Origin: Minisyncoccota bacterium
GTDB taxonomy: Bacteria > Patescibacteriota > Minisyncoccia > Phycocordibacterales > SBAW01
Assembly: GCA_035549255.1 (NCBI GenBank)
Contig: DASZRD010000004.1
Coordinates: 72,667-136,666, forward strand
Direction: 5' to 3'
DNA: 64,000 bases
How positions within the stretch are numbered: position 1 is the first letter of the stretch; each line of letters opens with the position of its first letter. Made by a program: the position numbers and the translations under genes. The notes beneath the pieces were generated by a model. It was not told where the DNA came from. It worked only from the letters and a program-made list of their open reading frames with translations, and searched no databases. This document shows positions 43,269 through 52,610 of this stretch, piece by piece.

Positions 43269-44207
43269 ATGCCACACCGGTTGCGCGGCCAATCGATCAT
43301 CTGGTCGCAGGATTTCGACATGCCGCTGCTCGACGAGATATTCGAGCGGGCGGACAAGTTCAAAGAGGCGCCGAGAAGCGGTGCGCTCAAGGACAAGCGC
43401 GTCATCAGCCTTTTCTTCGAGAAAAGCACGCGCACGAGGATGTCCTTCGAGGCGGCCGTCGACGACCTCGGCGGCAGCAGGATCAGCACCGAAGACGCGA
43501 TGCAATTCTCCTCGTTCGGCAAAGGCGAGCCGTTCGAGGAAGGCATTCAGGTGATCGCGGCGTATGGCGACGCGATTATCCTCCGACACCCGGCGGACGA
43601 TGCCGCGATGCTGGCGCGCGATTACCTGCAAAGCTTCAACGTATGGGTGCCGATCATCAACGCCGGGTGCGGCAAGGCGCAGCACCCCACGCAGTCGCTG
43701 CTCGACCTCTACACGATCCGCGACCTGCGGAAGCGCATCGAGAACCTCACGATCGTGATCGTCGGCGACCTCAAGCACAGCCGCGTGGTGCGTTCGCTCA
43801 TCTACTTGCTCGGCAAGTATTCCGGCATCCGCATCATCCTGGTAGCGCCGTGGGAGCTGACGATCGGCCATAATATGCTCGCCTACATGCGGCGGCATGG
43901 GGTCGAATTCGTTCAAGCGCCCGATCTCGCCGAAGTTATCGGCGAGGCGGATATCGTCTACATGACGCGCGTGCAGAAAGAGCGCTTCAGCGACCCGACG
44001 GAGTACGAGCGGCTCAAGCATTCCTACCGCCTAACGGTGGCGCTTGCCGAGAAGATGCGCACGGGCGCTTTCATCATGCACCCGCTGCCTCGCGTCGACG
44101 AGATCGACGAAGAAGTGTCGCGCATGCCGCAGGCCTCATGGATCCATCAGTCCAACAACGGCGTGCCGGTGCGCAAGGCACTTCTCGAAATGATCCTGGG
44201 CGAGTAA
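43269..44207 (+). CDS. pyrB: Aspartate carbamoyltransferase catalytic subunit
   Basis: The STRTR carbamoyl-phosphate motif and HPLP are present. The start was trimmed out of the tRNA to MPHRLRGQSII. Confidence 0.92.
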   Translation: MPHRLRGQSIIWSQDFDMPLLDEIFERADKFKEAPRSGALKDKRVISLFFEKSTRTRMSFEAAVDDLGGSRISTEDAMQFSSFGKGEPFEEGIQVIAAYGDAIILRHPADDAAMLARDYLQSFNVWVPIINAGCGKAQHPTQSLLDLYTIRDLRKRIENLTIVIVGDLKHSRVVRSLIYLLGKYSGIRIILVAPWELTIGHNMLAYMRRHGVEFVQAPDLAEVIGEADIVYMTRVQKERFSDPTEYERLKHSYRLTVALAEKMRTGAFIMHPLPRVDEIDEEVSRMPQASWIHQSNNGVPVRKALLEMILGE

Positions 44208-44222
44208 CGACTAATGACACGG

Positions 44223-44265
44223 CCCGCCGCGGTTTAAGAAACCGCGGCGGGCTTTCTCTTTTATA
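44223..44265 (+). terminator. Rho-independent terminator after pyrB
   Basis: GGCCCGCCGCGGTTT-AAG-AAACCGCGGCGGGC is followed by TTTCTCTTTT. Confidence 0.5.
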
Positions 44266-44317
44266 CGAAGAGGCGTATTGTCTCCAGTAGCGGCTCGTTT
44301 GGAAAGGAGAGCTTCCT

Positions 44318-44530
44318 ATGCAAATCGCTTCAGATATTCCCCTTCGGATCATCGTCGCGGTGCTGCTGCTCGTCGTGGCGCTTGTCGCAGGAGCGGAAGT
44401 GGTGGTAGTCGTCACAGGCATTCTTGTGCTCGGGGGACCCGCACTGGCACTCTTCGCGCTCGCATTCGCCCTGAACTCGCGCTTCCGGCAGCACTGGCTT
44501 GGGGACTGGCGGGCGGCGCACGTCATATAA
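44318..44530 (+). CDS. Small 2-TM membrane protein
   Basis: An AAGGAG Shine-Dalgarno sequence precedes MQIASDIPLRIIVAVLLLVVALVAGAEVVVVVTGILVLGGPALALFALAFAL. Confidence 0.45.
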   Translation: MQIASDIPLRIIVAVLLLVVALVAGAEVVVVVTGILVLGGPALALFALAFALNSRFRQHWLGDWRAAHVI

Positions 44531-44540
44531 GCAAGCATTC

Positions 44541-44580
44541 AAAAGCCGCGGCCCCTTGAGGGGCCGCGGCGATTCCTTTT
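44541..44580. terminator. Bidirectional terminator between the small membrane gene and ftsH
   Basis: AAAAGCCGCGGCCCC-TTGAG-GGGCCGCGGC is followed by GATTCCTTTT. Confidence 0.55.
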
Positions 44581-44589
44581 CTCTACGAT

Positions 44590-46569
<1,980 letters not shown>

Positions 46570-46597
46570 ATAGTACCATATCGCGTGCTATATTCAC

Positions 46598-47044
46598 GTG
46601 GTGAATCTATTGGAGAATAAAAAGGCGCAGCTTGATTATGAAATCCTTGAGGAATACGAGGCGGGTATCGAATTGCTCGGGTTCGAGGTGAAGAGCCTCC
46701 GCTCGCGCCATGGCAAGCTTGATAGCGCACATATAATAGTACGCGCGGGCGAGGCATGGATCGTCGGCATGGATATCCCGCCGTATCAGCCGGGCAACAC
46801 GCCTCCTGACTACGAGTCCGACCGCAGCCGCAGGCTCCTCCTTACTAAGAAGGAATTGGTCGCATTAGCCAATTACGAAGGCCAAAAAGGCTTGACAATA
46901 GTGCCTATAACAGTGTATAATAAGGGTACGAATCTTAAGCTCCGTATCGCGGCCGTCCGCGGCCGTAAGAAATACGACAAGCGCGCGGTCTTAAAAGAGC
47001 GCGACACCGAGCGCGAGATCAGGAGAACCTTGAAAAATCGCTAG
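46598..47044 (+). CDS. smpB: SsrA-binding protein SmpB
   Basis: It is a full-length SmpB homolog beginning MVNLLENKKAQLDYEILEEYEAGIELLGFEVKSLRS. Confidence 0.92.
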   Translation: MVNLLENKKAQLDYEILEEYEAGIELLGFEVKSLRSRHGKLDSAHIIVRAGEAWIVGMDIPPYQPGNTPPDYESDRSRRLLLTKKELVALANYEGQKGLTIVPITVYNKGTNLKLRIAAVRGRKKYDKRAVLKERDTEREIRRTLKNR

Positions 47045-47083
47045 GCCGTCCCCACCAGCACGCGACTCGTTCGCGTTTTGATG

Positions 47084-47459
47084 GGGAGTGACAGGCTTAG
47101 ACAATATATCTATCCGCAAACATGCGAGAGAGAAGCGAGAATCTTCTTAAAAAGTCTCAAACCATAACTGCAAAATCAGTTAGCTCACCGTATTTCTCGG
47201 TGAATGATCTTTCGTTCGCCACTGCGCGAGCCTAAGGTCCATCCCCTCCTGAGTGCCTGAGTAGGGAGTCAGGGTGTTATATATCGGGCTGTGGTTGGTA
47301 AAGCGATTCGCTGCCGACCAAGATAAAGAATCTGCAGCTCAGTTTTATTCTGTCTGTCTCTTACGACTGAGCCTAAGCAAAGCAAGATAGTCTACCTCTT
47401 GTAGATGTGTTTCCGGACCTATATTGCACGGCGGTTCAACTCCGCCCACTTCCACCATA
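47084..47459 (+). ncRNA. ssrA: tmRNA (ssrA), ~376 nt
   Basis: The 5' end GGGAGUG pairs with the 3' end CACUUCC-A-CCA, including a G3-U70 wobble. The tRNA-like T-arm is GGCGG-UUCAACU-CCGCC. It lies immediately downstream of smpB. A candidate tag reading frame runs 47170-47235. Confidence 0.7.
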
Positions 47460-47553
47460 CTGCATGCAGCCGCCAAGAAAGGCGGCTGTTTTGCTTCGCG
47501 GGGCGCGGGTTGGTATAGTGCCGCCAGAAGATCCAACACCAAGGAGGCCAGTG

Positions 47554-47958
47554 ATGCAGGGGTTCCTTAAAGTTATCATCGTTATCGAGTTCCTGGTCGC
47601 GACAGTCAGTTTGGCGATGACCGTAGTCAACGGGTATCGCACCAGATTGGCAGAGAATACGCGGCGCGAGGTATTGCTCGGCTATCATCGCGCATGGAAG
47701 GATATTCTCGTTTGCGCGACCGTGCTCGCCGTGCTTACGATCGAGCCTGCGGCGCGGCTGCTGTGGGGCAACAAGGGCGGCGCGCTCTTCTGGCAGGTGC
47801 ATCTGCCCGCGGCAGCGGCATACACGCTCCTCTTGTGCGCGGCGCTCTACTGGAGCGGCGTCCGCTCGCCGCGCATGCACTATTGGCTCGTCCATGGCTG
47901 CTATCTCTGCGCGGTTATCGCCTTCCCCACCGGCATCTATCTGCTCTTCGCGCTTTAG
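47554..47958 (+). CDS. Hypothetical 4-TM membrane protein
   Basis: It was trimmed from track ORF 47407..47958, which overlaps the tmRNA. ATG 47554 has a perfect AAGGAGG Shine-Dalgarno sequence 7 nt upstream. Confidence 0.55.
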   Translation: MQGFLKVIIVIEFLVATVSLAMTVVNGYRTRLAENTRREVLLGYHRAWKDILVCATVLAVLTIEPAARLLWGNKGGALFWQVHLPAAAAYTLLLCAALYWSGVRSPRMHYWLVHGCYLCAVIAFPTGIYLLFAL

Positions 47959-48030
47959 CCGGTTATCACCATTTGACCGCAGCCCCTGGCTACCGTATGC
48001 TCCTAGCCAGTTGCAACCGAGGAGGGTGGA

Positions 48031-48243
48031 ATGCTTCAAGAGGTGCGGAAATACGGATGGATGGACAAAGTTTCGGTGCCGGGGGTGCCTCATGGCCCGG
48101 ACGGGCTGTTCATGGGGAGCGACCCGGACGACGGGCGCAAAGCCCGCATACTGTTTCAGTACGGAGCTGACGATTGTATCGAAGTATCAGTCCCGTACGG
48201 CAGCATCAACGGTATCGTCAGTCCTATGCGGAGGAGGATCTAG
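48031..48243 (+). CDS. Small hypothetical protein (70 aa)
   Basis: It has a GGAGG Shine-Dalgarno sequence and is followed by a GCCCCGC-TTACGA-GCGGGGC plus T-tract terminator. Confidence 0.45.
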   Translation: MLQEVRKYGWMDKVSVPGVPHGPDGLFMGSDPDDGRKARILFQYGADDCIEVSVPYGSINGIVSPMRRRI

Positions 48244-48339
48244 CTCCCCGTTCGCATTGCAGAGCCCCGCTTACGAGCGGGGCGTTTATATAGAATGGGC
48301 GCGCCGCACACCGGCGCGCCCTAGTCGCAGCCGCGGCGC

Positions 48340-48771
48340 CTAGCGCCGGGGCTTCTTGTGCTTTTTCTTCGAAACATGGAGCGGAAGGCTCCGATGCGCG
48401 AACGGCGGGAGGTTTCCCACCCAGCAGCGGCTCCCCACCTCGGCCTTGACGCGCGCGTGGCCGTCGAAGCCGAGGTTTTCGGCCGCGGCCCGCGTAAGGT
48501 CATAGGACACTCCGCCGACATACGGACCGCGGTCCTCTATGGACACGCACTGCTGCCTGCCATTGCCAAGGTTGGTGATGAGCACGTGCGTGCCGAACGG
48601 GAGCGTCTTGTGGGCGGCGATGTAAGGATTGCTTGCGCTGATCGCCCTGCTAAACAAGCGCCCATTGGCGGTTATATGCCCCATTTCGTACCAGCTTGCG
48701 GTCTCGGCCTGAGCGGGCAGAGCACCCGCACACACCGCGGCCGCAAGCACGAAGAGAACTCGGAAGAACAT
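48340..48771 (-). CDS. RlpA-like double-psi beta-barrel (DPBB) protein, secreted
   Basis: It has a signal peptide and a DPBB core (ASWYEMGHITANGRLFSRAISASNPYIAAHKTLPFGTHVLITNLGNGRQQCVSIEDRGP). The C-terminal tail is Lys-rich. Confidence 0.8.
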   Translation of the reverse strand: MFFRVLFVLAAAVCAGALPAQAETASWYEMGHITANGRLFSRAISASNPYIAAHKTLPFGTHVLITNLGNGRQQCVSIEDRGPYVGGVSYDLTRAAAENLGFDGHARVKAEVGSRCWVGNLPPFAHRSLPLHVSKKKHKKPRR

Positions 48772-48840
48772 ACTTGGCTCCGTTAAAACAAGAAAGCCTC
48801 CCTTTTGAGGAGGCCATACTTGCCCTGAAGAGAGGATGAA

Positions 48841-49284
48841 TTACTTGCCCTTGATGCGCGCCGCAAGGTGGAAGCTCATGTAGGACAGATACACCGTAAC
48901 TGCAACGCCGAACCACGAGAGCCAGACCGGTACGTCCCAATCGCCGAGCATGAGGTCGGCGCCCGTGAAGATGCGCCAGATGTGCCCGATCGCCACGATA
49001 GCGAAGATGATGCCCACGACAAAGACATACGTGCGCTCGCGTACGGCCGGGATCTTGCCCACGTGCCAGCCGTAGTGCACCAGCACGATGAAGAGCGCAA
49101 TATCAAAGATAAGGCTCGGCAGCAGCATGTCGGAGGTGACCGTCATGCCAAAGAAAGCGATCGAGTGAACATGCTGCTGGGAGAACCAGAGCAGCCACAA
49201 GAAGTCGGCAGCGACCAGGCCCGCTGCGAACTTGGCGATCTCGTGTAATGAGGAATTCTTCATACAGAGGATATCAAAGAGCAC
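48841..49284 (-). CDS. Hypothetical 4-TM membrane protein
   Basis: It is a hydrophobic ORF. The start may be the internal Met (MKNSSLHEIAKF). Confidence 0.5.
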   Translation of the reverse strand: MLFDILCMKNSSLHEIAKFAAGLVAADFLWLLWFSQQHVHSIAFFGMTVTSDMLLPSLIFDIALFIVLVHYGWHVGKIPAVRERTYVFVVGIIFAIVAIGHIWRIFTGADLMLGDWDVPVWLSWFGVAVTVYLSYMSFHLAARIKGK

Positions 49285-49397
49285 AATTACTTATATGTGT
49301 CTATTGTACCCCGGCAAAAAGCCGCGCCAGGGGCTTTTACACAGGGTGTACAGAGAGGGGTGTAAGCGCGGACGCCTCTATAGTATTCTAGGAATAT

Positions 49398-52300
49398 ATG
49401 AATATACGATACGTACTCGGTACGCTCAGCTTATTAACAGCTTTTCTTTCATTCGCTTCGGTCGCGTCGGCCAACACTACCAACCTTTCATTCGACCCAT
49501 CTTACGGAAGCCAGCCCTTTTCCTACTCGTGCGATCCGTACAAAGTAAGCTTCGAGGACGGCAAGCACTATCAGCCACTCTCCTCGCCCAATTGCCTCTT
49601 TACCATCCCCTCCTCCATCCTAGGGAGCAAGGTTATCGCGCTTTATAAGGGAACGCCGGGCAACTCGACATTCGTCTCGGGCGATGTCGTGATCGGCGGC
49701 AGCCCGACGCTCGTGCAGGAGAACGGCACGTCGTTTGCGGGCGCCACGCAGGATCAGGATTACTTCGCGGTGGTGTACGGATACAGCGATTCGGGCACGG
49801 CAAGCGCATTCGATCAATCCTTCCGCATGGGCTCCTCGACCGGCATCGAGCCGCCGACCGGCAACTTCGCCATGATCCAGTGGAAGTGGGGCGGCAAGCC
49901 GGCCAGCGAGTACAACCCGGTCATCATCGTGCCGGACATCCTCAACTCATGGCAGACCGACTCGGGCTCGGTCATCGACCCCATCTTCCTCACCTACAAG
50001 AATCTCATCGACACGCTGACGCAGAACGGTTATGTGAACGGCCAGACGCTGTTCCTCTTCCCGTACAACTGGGAGGAGCCGGCAGCCACGACCGCGACCG
50101 AGCTCCAGAATACGATCCAGTCCATTAAGCAGACCTGCGGCTGTAGCCATGTCGATATCATCGCCCACGGCACGGGCGGGCTTATCGCCGAGCAATATAT
50201 AGAGAGCGCTGGCTACGGCAACGACGTTGACCAGATCGTGTTCCTCGGCAGCCCGCTCCAGGGCCTCCCCGCGGCATATTCCGCCTGGGAGGACGGCAAG
50301 ATCGATTTCAACTCGCCGCTCTCAGACGGGCTGGCGCAGGTCTTCCTGCAGGCACAGGCCAAGGATCAGGGCTACAGCAGCGTGTTTGATTACATTCAGC
50401 ATGCGCCCATACAATCCTTCAAGGACATCCTTCCCGACTACGATTACCTCTACGACAATACGGTCGGCGAGCGCGTCTACCCGAGCGGCTATCCGCAGAA
50501 TTCCTTCCTCGACGGCCTGATCAGCAACCTCTCGCTGCTGCTCAACCGCGTGCGCATCACGACGGTGCTGGGCGACGACAATCAGGGCACGACGCCGGCC
50601 GCCTATCTCCTGGACAACTCCACTACCCCGCCCGCATGGCCCGACGGGCAGATCACCGACACCTTCACCGACTTGGGCGACGAGCTCGTGCCGCGCGCAA
50701 GCATGGAGAACGTGATCAACCCCGTGAGCGACGTCATCGCCGCCGACCACCGCTCGCTCCCGACCGCGGCGGAGGGATACATCTTCAACTCGCTCACCAA
50801 CAAGGTTGCAAGCACGGTCGCCAACAACTACCCCGTCGGCTGCGCGCTCTTCATCACCACCTCGCCGGGCGCCGATATGCAGGTGACCGACCCCAACGGC
50901 AACCGCATCGGCAAAGATTTCGACAATAGCGTAGTGCTCAACGAGATCCCGCACTCGCTCTACTCCGGCTTCAACGCGCCGACCGAGTACGCGGTCATCG
51001 CGAACCCGCTTAACGGCAATTACCAGGTCCGCACGCAGGGCACTACCAATACGACCTTCACGATCAATGCGTCCGACGTCTGCAACCAGGGCGTCATCTC
51101 GACTTCGACGCCGGCCAATACTTCTCCCGGCCAGCTCATCGGTTTCTCGCTTGGCGTCTCGACCAGCACCAACACGCTCACGATTCAGCCGCTCGACACC
51201 AACCCGCCGGTCATCACGATCACCTCGCCGCTCAACGGCTCCGCCTACTATCAGAACGCGACCACGAGCGTGTCTGCGACAATCGTCGACCCGGAGAATT
51301 CCCCTATCGCCACCTCGACCTACAAGGTTAACGGCGCGCTCATCAACCCCGCGCAACCGCTCAAGTTCTCGGCGCTTCCCTTGGGCACGTCGACCATGGT
51401 CGTATCGGCAACCGACATCTTCGGGAATACGGCCTATGCGACCTCTTCCTTCCTCGTGAAGCCGAGCACCGCGCCGGTCGTGACGATCACGAGCCCGCAG
51501 AACAATGGGAGCTATACGAACGATCAGACCGTGCCGATCACCGTCTCGATCAACGACGCGGAGAACGACGTGACCGCGACCTCGTACGCGCTCAACGGGA
51601 CCGCCCTCAGCACCTCGCAGACCTCAATCGCGATGTCGAGCCTGCCGCTGGGCAGTTCGACCTTCGTCGTGTCGGCGACTGACGCTTCCGGCAACATCAC
51701 GTTCGCCACAAGCACCTTCACCGTTACGCAGGCTCAGGCTGTCGGCACCGGTGCGTGCGCCATTGCACTCAACAGCAGCGCCAAAGGCGCCATAACGCTC
51801 GCCGGCTCGACGCAGATCAAGGGCACCAACTGCGGCGTGCAGGTCAACTCGAGCGCTTCGGGCGCCGTCAACATCTCCGGCAGCGCTAAGATCACATCGA
51901 CCAAGAATTGCTTCGTAGGCACTCTGTCGAAGTCCGGCAGTGCGAGCGTCTCGCCCAATCAAGTAAGTTGCTCGTCCCAGGCCGATCCATTCGCAAGCCA
52001 CGCGAAGCCTTCGGTCGGCGCATGCAATTACACCAACTACAGCATCGCAGGCGCGAGCAAAGCGACGCTTAATCCGGGCGTATACTGCGGCGGCATCACG
52101 GTCAACGGCTCCGCACAGCTGACGCTGAACCCTGGCATCTATATCATAAAGAGCGGCGACCTCAATATCGCCGGCTCGGGTTCTGTCACTGGCTCCGGGG
52201 TATCCATCTTCATGACCGGCACCGGCGCGGGGCTGACTCTTGCCGGCTCGGGCAAGCTCAACATTACGGCACCCACCTCGGGCACTTTGGCTGGCTTCGC

Positions 52301-52553
52301 CTTCTTCCTCGATCCGAGCAACGCCAACGGTGCACCGCTCGCGGCCACGACACTCGCCGGCTCGGCGACCGTCACCGCGCAAGGCGTCATGTATCTTCCC
52401 CGCCAGCAACTCAACATCGCCGGGAGCGCGCACAACGCGGCGACATCCTTCTTCGCGGTCGTAGCCGACACGATAAACATCTCCGGCTCTCCCGCCCTCA
52501 CCGTCACGATCCCGCAGGGTGCGAGCACGATCTCCGTTCCGCCGGGGTTGTAA
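49398..52553 (+). CDS. Giant secreted protein: conserved N-domain, alpha/beta-hydrolase (lipase-like) domain, two Ig-like repeats, C-terminal Gly/Ser/Thr-rich beta-helix-like domain
   Basis: It has a signal peptide and a lipase-like nucleophile elbow VDIIAHGTGGLIAEQY. There are two ~95-aa repeats (PPVITITSPLNGSAYYQNATTSVSATIVD and APVVTITSPQNNGSYTNDQTVPITVSIND). The C-terminal ~330 aa carry repetitive G-S-G/LNI/VTG motifs. Confidence 0.8.
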   Translation: MNIRYVLGTLSLLTAFLSFASVASANTTNLSFDPSYGSQPFSYSCDPYKVSFEDGKHYQPLSSPNCLFTIPSSILGSKVIALYKGTPGNSTFVSGDVVIGGSPTLVQENGTSFAGATQDQDYFAVVYGYSDSGTASAFDQSFRMGSSTGIEPPTGNFAMIQWKWGGKPASEYNPVIIVPDILNSWQTDSGSVIDPIFLTYKNLIDTLTQNGYVNGQTLFLFPYNWEEPAATTATELQNTIQSIKQTCGCSHVDIIAHGTGGLIAEQYIESAGYGNDVDQIVFLGSPLQGLPAAYSAWEDGKIDFNSPLSDGLAQVFLQAQAKDQGYSSVFDYIQHAPIQSFKDILPDYDYLYDNTVGERVYPSGYPQNSFLDGLISNLSLLLNRVRITTVLGDDNQGTTPAAYLLDNSTTPPAWPDGQITDTFTDLGDELVPRASMENVINPVSDVIAADHRSLPTAAEGYIFNSLTNKVASTVANNYPVGCALFITTSPGADMQVTDPNGNRIGKDFDNSVVLNEIPHSLYSGFNAPTEYAVIANPLNGNYQVRTQGTTNTTFTINASDVCNQGVISTSTPANTSPGQLIGFSLGVSTSTNTLTIQPLDTNPPVITITSPLNGSAYYQNATTSVSATIVDPENSPIATSTYKVNGALINPAQPLKFSALPLGTSTMVVSATDIFGNTAYATSSFLVKPSTAPVVTITSPQNNGSYTNDQTVPITVSINDAENDVTATSYALNGTALSTSQTSIAMSSLPLGSSTFVVSATDASGNITFATSTFTVTQAQAVGTGACAIALNSSAKGAITLAGSTQIKGTNCGVQVNSSASGAVNISGSAKITSTKNCFVGTLSKSGSASVSPNQVSCSSQADPFASHAKPSVGACNYTNYSIAGASKATLNPGVYCGGITVNGSAQLTLNPGIYIIKSGDLNIAGSGSVTGSGVSIFMTGTGAGLTLAGSGKLNITAPTSGTLAGFAFFLDPSNANGAPLAATTLAGSATVTAQGVMYLPRQQLNIAGSAHNAATSFFAVVADTINISGSPALTVTIPQGASTISVPPGL

Positions 52554-52610
52554 AAACACCTACCCGCGAGGAATAAAAGAGCCGCACTTGCGGCTCTTTT
52601 TGGTATATGG

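Noticed and set aside
47170-47235. A tmRNA tag peptide ending in ...FATARA.
   Set aside because: It is not rejected as such but is left unconfirmed. The ARA terminus is atypical, and the resume codon assignment needs pseudoknot folding.
47407-47553. N-terminal 49 aa of ORF 47407..47958, plus ORFs 47345..47542 and 47436..47642.
   Set aside because: They overlap the tmRNA (47084..47459). The true start at 47554 has a perfect AAGGAGG Shine-Dalgarno sequence.
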